DNA from: Anthoceros angustus
Lineage: Eukaryota > Plantae > Anthocerotophyta
Direction of reading: 5' to 3'
Assembly (NCBI GenBank): GCA_010909165.1
Contig: MU008217.1
Location: 124,001-188,000, forward strand
Length of the DNA: 64,000 bases
Positions 60,601 to 64,000 of the stretch are shown here, piece after piece (positions within the stretch are counted from its first letter, which is position 1; each line of letters begins with the position of its first letter). The notes beneath the pieces were generated by a model. The model ran no database searches. It was given only the letters and a program-made list of their open reading frames with translations, and was not told the origin of the DNA. Position numbers and translations under genes: made by a program.

Positions 60601-63600
60601 TCATAGAGGATATTTGTTGGAGGTCCCATGTCGCTTTTGGAGTATGGTCTGGGCCCCACCCCCGCTGCTCTTCTCTCTCTCTACCTTCGCGTTTTAGGGC
60701 ACTCCCGAAAAATAATAATAAGCGAGGCTGTTTGTCTGTCCCCGTCCCGGGTCCCGGGTCCCGACTCCCCGTCACCGTCAGCGTCACCGTCACCGTCACC
60801 GTCCCCGTCCTGGTCCCGTATCCCAAGTTGGCATGCATGGGTGTTAACCGTTAACGTCAGGGGCAGCGGAGGGTGGCAAACGCCACGGGAGACGGGACGG
60901 GACGGGACGGGACGGGACGGGACACAACAGAACAGAACAGAACGGGCGCCAGCGTGCTGGCACGGCACAGCCTCTCCCATCAGCACGTGACGGCCAGCCC
61001 AGGCTCGGTCCTTGCCCCTGCCCACATGAATGATGGGCCTGCCCCTGCCCCTGCCCCTGCCCCTGCCCCTTCCCACTCTTGTGCCCTGCTGTGTACACGT
61101 ATCTTGTGAAGCTGTACATACATACTACATACACAAAGCTGGAAAGACGGAAAACATGGCGAAATGGCAAAAAGCATGGGGAATGGGATCCATCCCATTC
61201 CCATACGTTCCATACACCATGTTGTAGCCTGATAGAGCAGTCGCAGCTGGGCACTGACGAAAGTGCTTGGACTGGAGTGGTCCCCGCATGCGCCAAACAA
61301 CACAAGACAGGAGCGATCATGCGTTTTAGCTGTGCTGCAGCGGAGCCGAGCAGTGCAGGATGCAGGATGCAGGATGCAGGTGCTGTGCCGGCCCTGGCCT
61401 GGCCTTGGGTCCAGGCTCTGCGCCTGCGACTGCGCTTTCCTTCCTTCCCGTCCGCCGTTCCGCCGTTAGAAGCCCGCGAACCCCGTAACTTCTCCGGCAC
61501 CGGGGCCCGTTCCCCGTTCCCCCGTTCCCCGTTCCCACCCCGTTGTGTTGGCCTGAGGGGCAGGCAGCATGTCGCCGTCCCCGGGCCGTGCCTCACGTGT
61601 GAGCACTCAATGCCCCCTGCGGTCGCCCCCTCCACACTACTTAAAGCTGGTCAAAACCGACGGGGCTTCACCACGTGAACTCCACACATGGGACACTCCC
61701 ACTGCCCACCATGTACACATATGTACATACCACTAGTACTCGCACCACACAGCGACAGCACGCTCCGATCTCCGATCTCCGATCGCCACCACCCACAAAA
61801 CGGAATAACTCATCAAACGGGACGCAAAATCTTTGTCCCGGACCCGCGTCCCGCTTCCCGCTTCCCGCTTCCCGCTTCCCGCTTCCCGGGCCCAGGCCCC
61901 GGAACAGCCAATCAAGCTTACCTCGCGCTCCAGGATCGAATCGAATTTTGGGGTCTCGTCACTCCATACCGTCATCGCTGCTTCTACAAACTTATCAGTC
62001 ATCGAGCTCCAGTTATGTAAGTTACGCATGTGGATTGTGGAATGGTGGATCGGGACATTCTCTACACTTTTTACCAACTGGACTCACTGTTTGGAGCACA
62101 ACGTTTCGAGCTCAGCAGCTGCGCACCACTCACCACCCTGCCACAATCTTGCAGCTACACCACCCACGCCAGTTTCCAACATCTCCTACACATGCCTGCC
62201 CAGTTGAGCTCACTCACCACAATCCGCATTGTATGTGTGCCTCGGCGTCACTGTCCACCAATGCGTCTCTTTACTGCTGGAACTCAAACTACCATTTCAC
62301 ACTTTCACATGCTCTCCATTTCGGCTCTCAATTCCAAGTGGATATTCATACCAACTCACTCCCATCAATGTAGGCATCAAAGGAACCAGAATCACAGCCT
62401 GCAGCCAGGCCTACACGTTTCTCAGACCATGCCTCTTCCGTTGCAACGCAGTGCAGGAGGAGCCTCGGACCGACTTTTTTTTCCTGCTACCGTTCCAGGT
62501 TCCAGTGACAACCACCTGCAGCTGCATGCATCAAACCCGCCTCGCTCTCCAATTCCACACCCCCCCGTACTATTCCAAACACGTTCATGAGTTCCTACTC
62601 CACCAATTCAGCACCACCCTCGTTCCGTGGCCTAGCCTAACCCCTCCAGCTCCCACCCCTTCCCCTCCACCTCTCTTGGCAACCACCAACTCTGACAGGG
62701 GCACACCTACGTATATGTGCCTGAATGCAGACCCTCGGGAACTTCGAGCATCGCCGCAGCCACCTGCTCACACGCACAACAGCACCACTGTCTCCTGCAC
62801 CACAACGTCCCGAATATGCAGGCTCGGATGATGCTGTCCAGCGTTCCTTTTACTGCTAGACCCTGACTGCGGCTTACCCATCACGACACAACTTGGACTG
62901 GCTTCCTGTGGACAGGACAACCATTCTCCATGCCTCTGCGTCTTCCAGATGCCTCGCACGGACCCACACCATGTTCGCGATGCAAGCCATTCTGTTCGCC
63001 TGCTGCACCTCAAGCATGCACGACAACCGGGAGAGGCTCCACACCAAGCAATTAAAACGCTTGCCAATGTAAAGCTAGGTGAAGCCACATTTCAATCCTT
63101 TATTGAAATGCGCTATGAGCGAAATGTTTGAAAGGCGCCATTACCAGTGCCTCACACCCAACGTGCTCCACAAACTAGGAAGGAGCCTACAAGGTCACCT
63201 TCCTTTCTCTAGGAGCCTACAAGGTCACTTTCCTTTCCTTCTCCATCAAGATCCCTCGTTAGTTTCGCTCATGTAGCTTCACATCACCAAATTCCTGTGG
63301 GATTATCCACAGCAGCTCCCATCTCAATAGAAGTCTATCATGTTTTCTCTATACATCGCATGAGTTATCTCTTGTAAAGACCCTCAAAAGGAAGAGGCAG
63401 GGTGAAGAGGTTTGGTCCCTCCCGAAAGGCCATCCCGGGTCAAAGCGCGTCGAGTCGATGATCTTTAGGATTCGTTTTGCGGACGGACCACAACATGGGA
63501 ATTGCGCTTCGCGCTTTACCACTTTTCACCAAAATTTGCAAGATTATAATAACGCTATCCCTTAACTTGGCTGAAGTTCCCGTCTTTGGCTTGGCGTAAA

Positions 63601-64000
63601 TAGGAGCTCCAGCCACGGTTAACGTATAGCATTACTAAATGAGAGACTCCATAAGCTCAAAGAGTCGGCGTTCTTGTTGCTTATGCCTTGCTGGAGGGCA
63701 TAACCCTGGCATCGCTACCAACTTTCGGAGCCCAACAAAAGCGTTGTTTTTTTTTGGATTCGCGGATACGCAGTTACTCTATGCTCGAGAGGCTTGTTGT
63801 GTGGGAATGTGTAGTTTTTTTGTCGGTGAATTCTTAAGAGATTAGAAAATTTAATTTTCAATACTTCAACAGTCGAGTGGCGGTCCCATGTTTTAAGCGA
63901 CAACAATGTGTTGAGGCTCCCCCGTTCCACTTTAGAGACTAAAGCCTGTCCTTTTTATGAAGTTATAGCTTCTTGCTAACCAAGAGCAATAGTGTGATGT

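Noticed and set aside
52000-62000. Numerous 100-270-aa ORFs (e.g. 52920-53684, 54217-55038, 59305-59883, 60844-61635)
   Set aside because: They are dominated by translated SSRs, overlap in several frames and show no conserved motifs. A hidden small gene cannot be excluded without RNA-seq.
63181-63240. 30-bp-period direct repeat AGGAGCCTACAAGGTCAC x2
   Set aside because: An isolated two-copy duplication with no associated structure.
63400-64000. Possible decayed transposon-derived ORF at the right edge (minus strand)
   Set aside because: Only vague resemblance, multiple stops, and truncated by the window edge.

Overview
Eukaryotic land-plant DNA. The compact genes with ~80-150 bp introns and a GRF lacking a usable miR396 site suggest a non-seed plant, possibly hornwort-like; this is inference. 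(1) 1-20.7 kb: a minus-strand Ty1/copia LTR retrotransposon (5' LTR 20448-20672, tRNA-iMet PBS, gag, PR-INT-RT-RNaseH). It is split exactly between gag and protease by a 15,010-bp CACTA/EnSpm-type DNA transposon (3827-18836) with perfect 29-bp TIRs starting CCCTA and a CAA target-site duplication. The CACTA element carries a frameshifted TNP2-type transposase, a ~1.3-kb foldback array of nested palindromes and unidentified cargo. (2) ~22.1-23.3 kb: two bacterial-looking fragments joined at a single N, one Planctomycete-like with a Shine-Dalgarno-coupled gene junction (contamination or HGT), followed by a decayed trihelix/Myb-like ORF. (3) 25.3-44.0 kb: five intact multi-exon genes: a PPP1-like dual polyketide-cyclase/START-like protein (+), peroxisomal BioF (-, ends in SKL), peroxisomal acyl-CoA oxidase ACX2 (-, PTS2, stops only ~200 bp upstream of BioF), ARP9 (+) and a GRF transcription factor (-). 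(4) 44-62 kb: an apparently gene-free, microsatellite-saturated region upstream of GRF containing a 1.34-kb tandem duplication. No rRNA, tRNA or CRISPR features were found. The best candidate for a new system is the very tight ACX2-BioF tandem, a possible beta-oxidation-to-biotin link or co-transcribed unit. All alignments were done by eye, no database searches were run, and internal exon boundaries are partly approximate.
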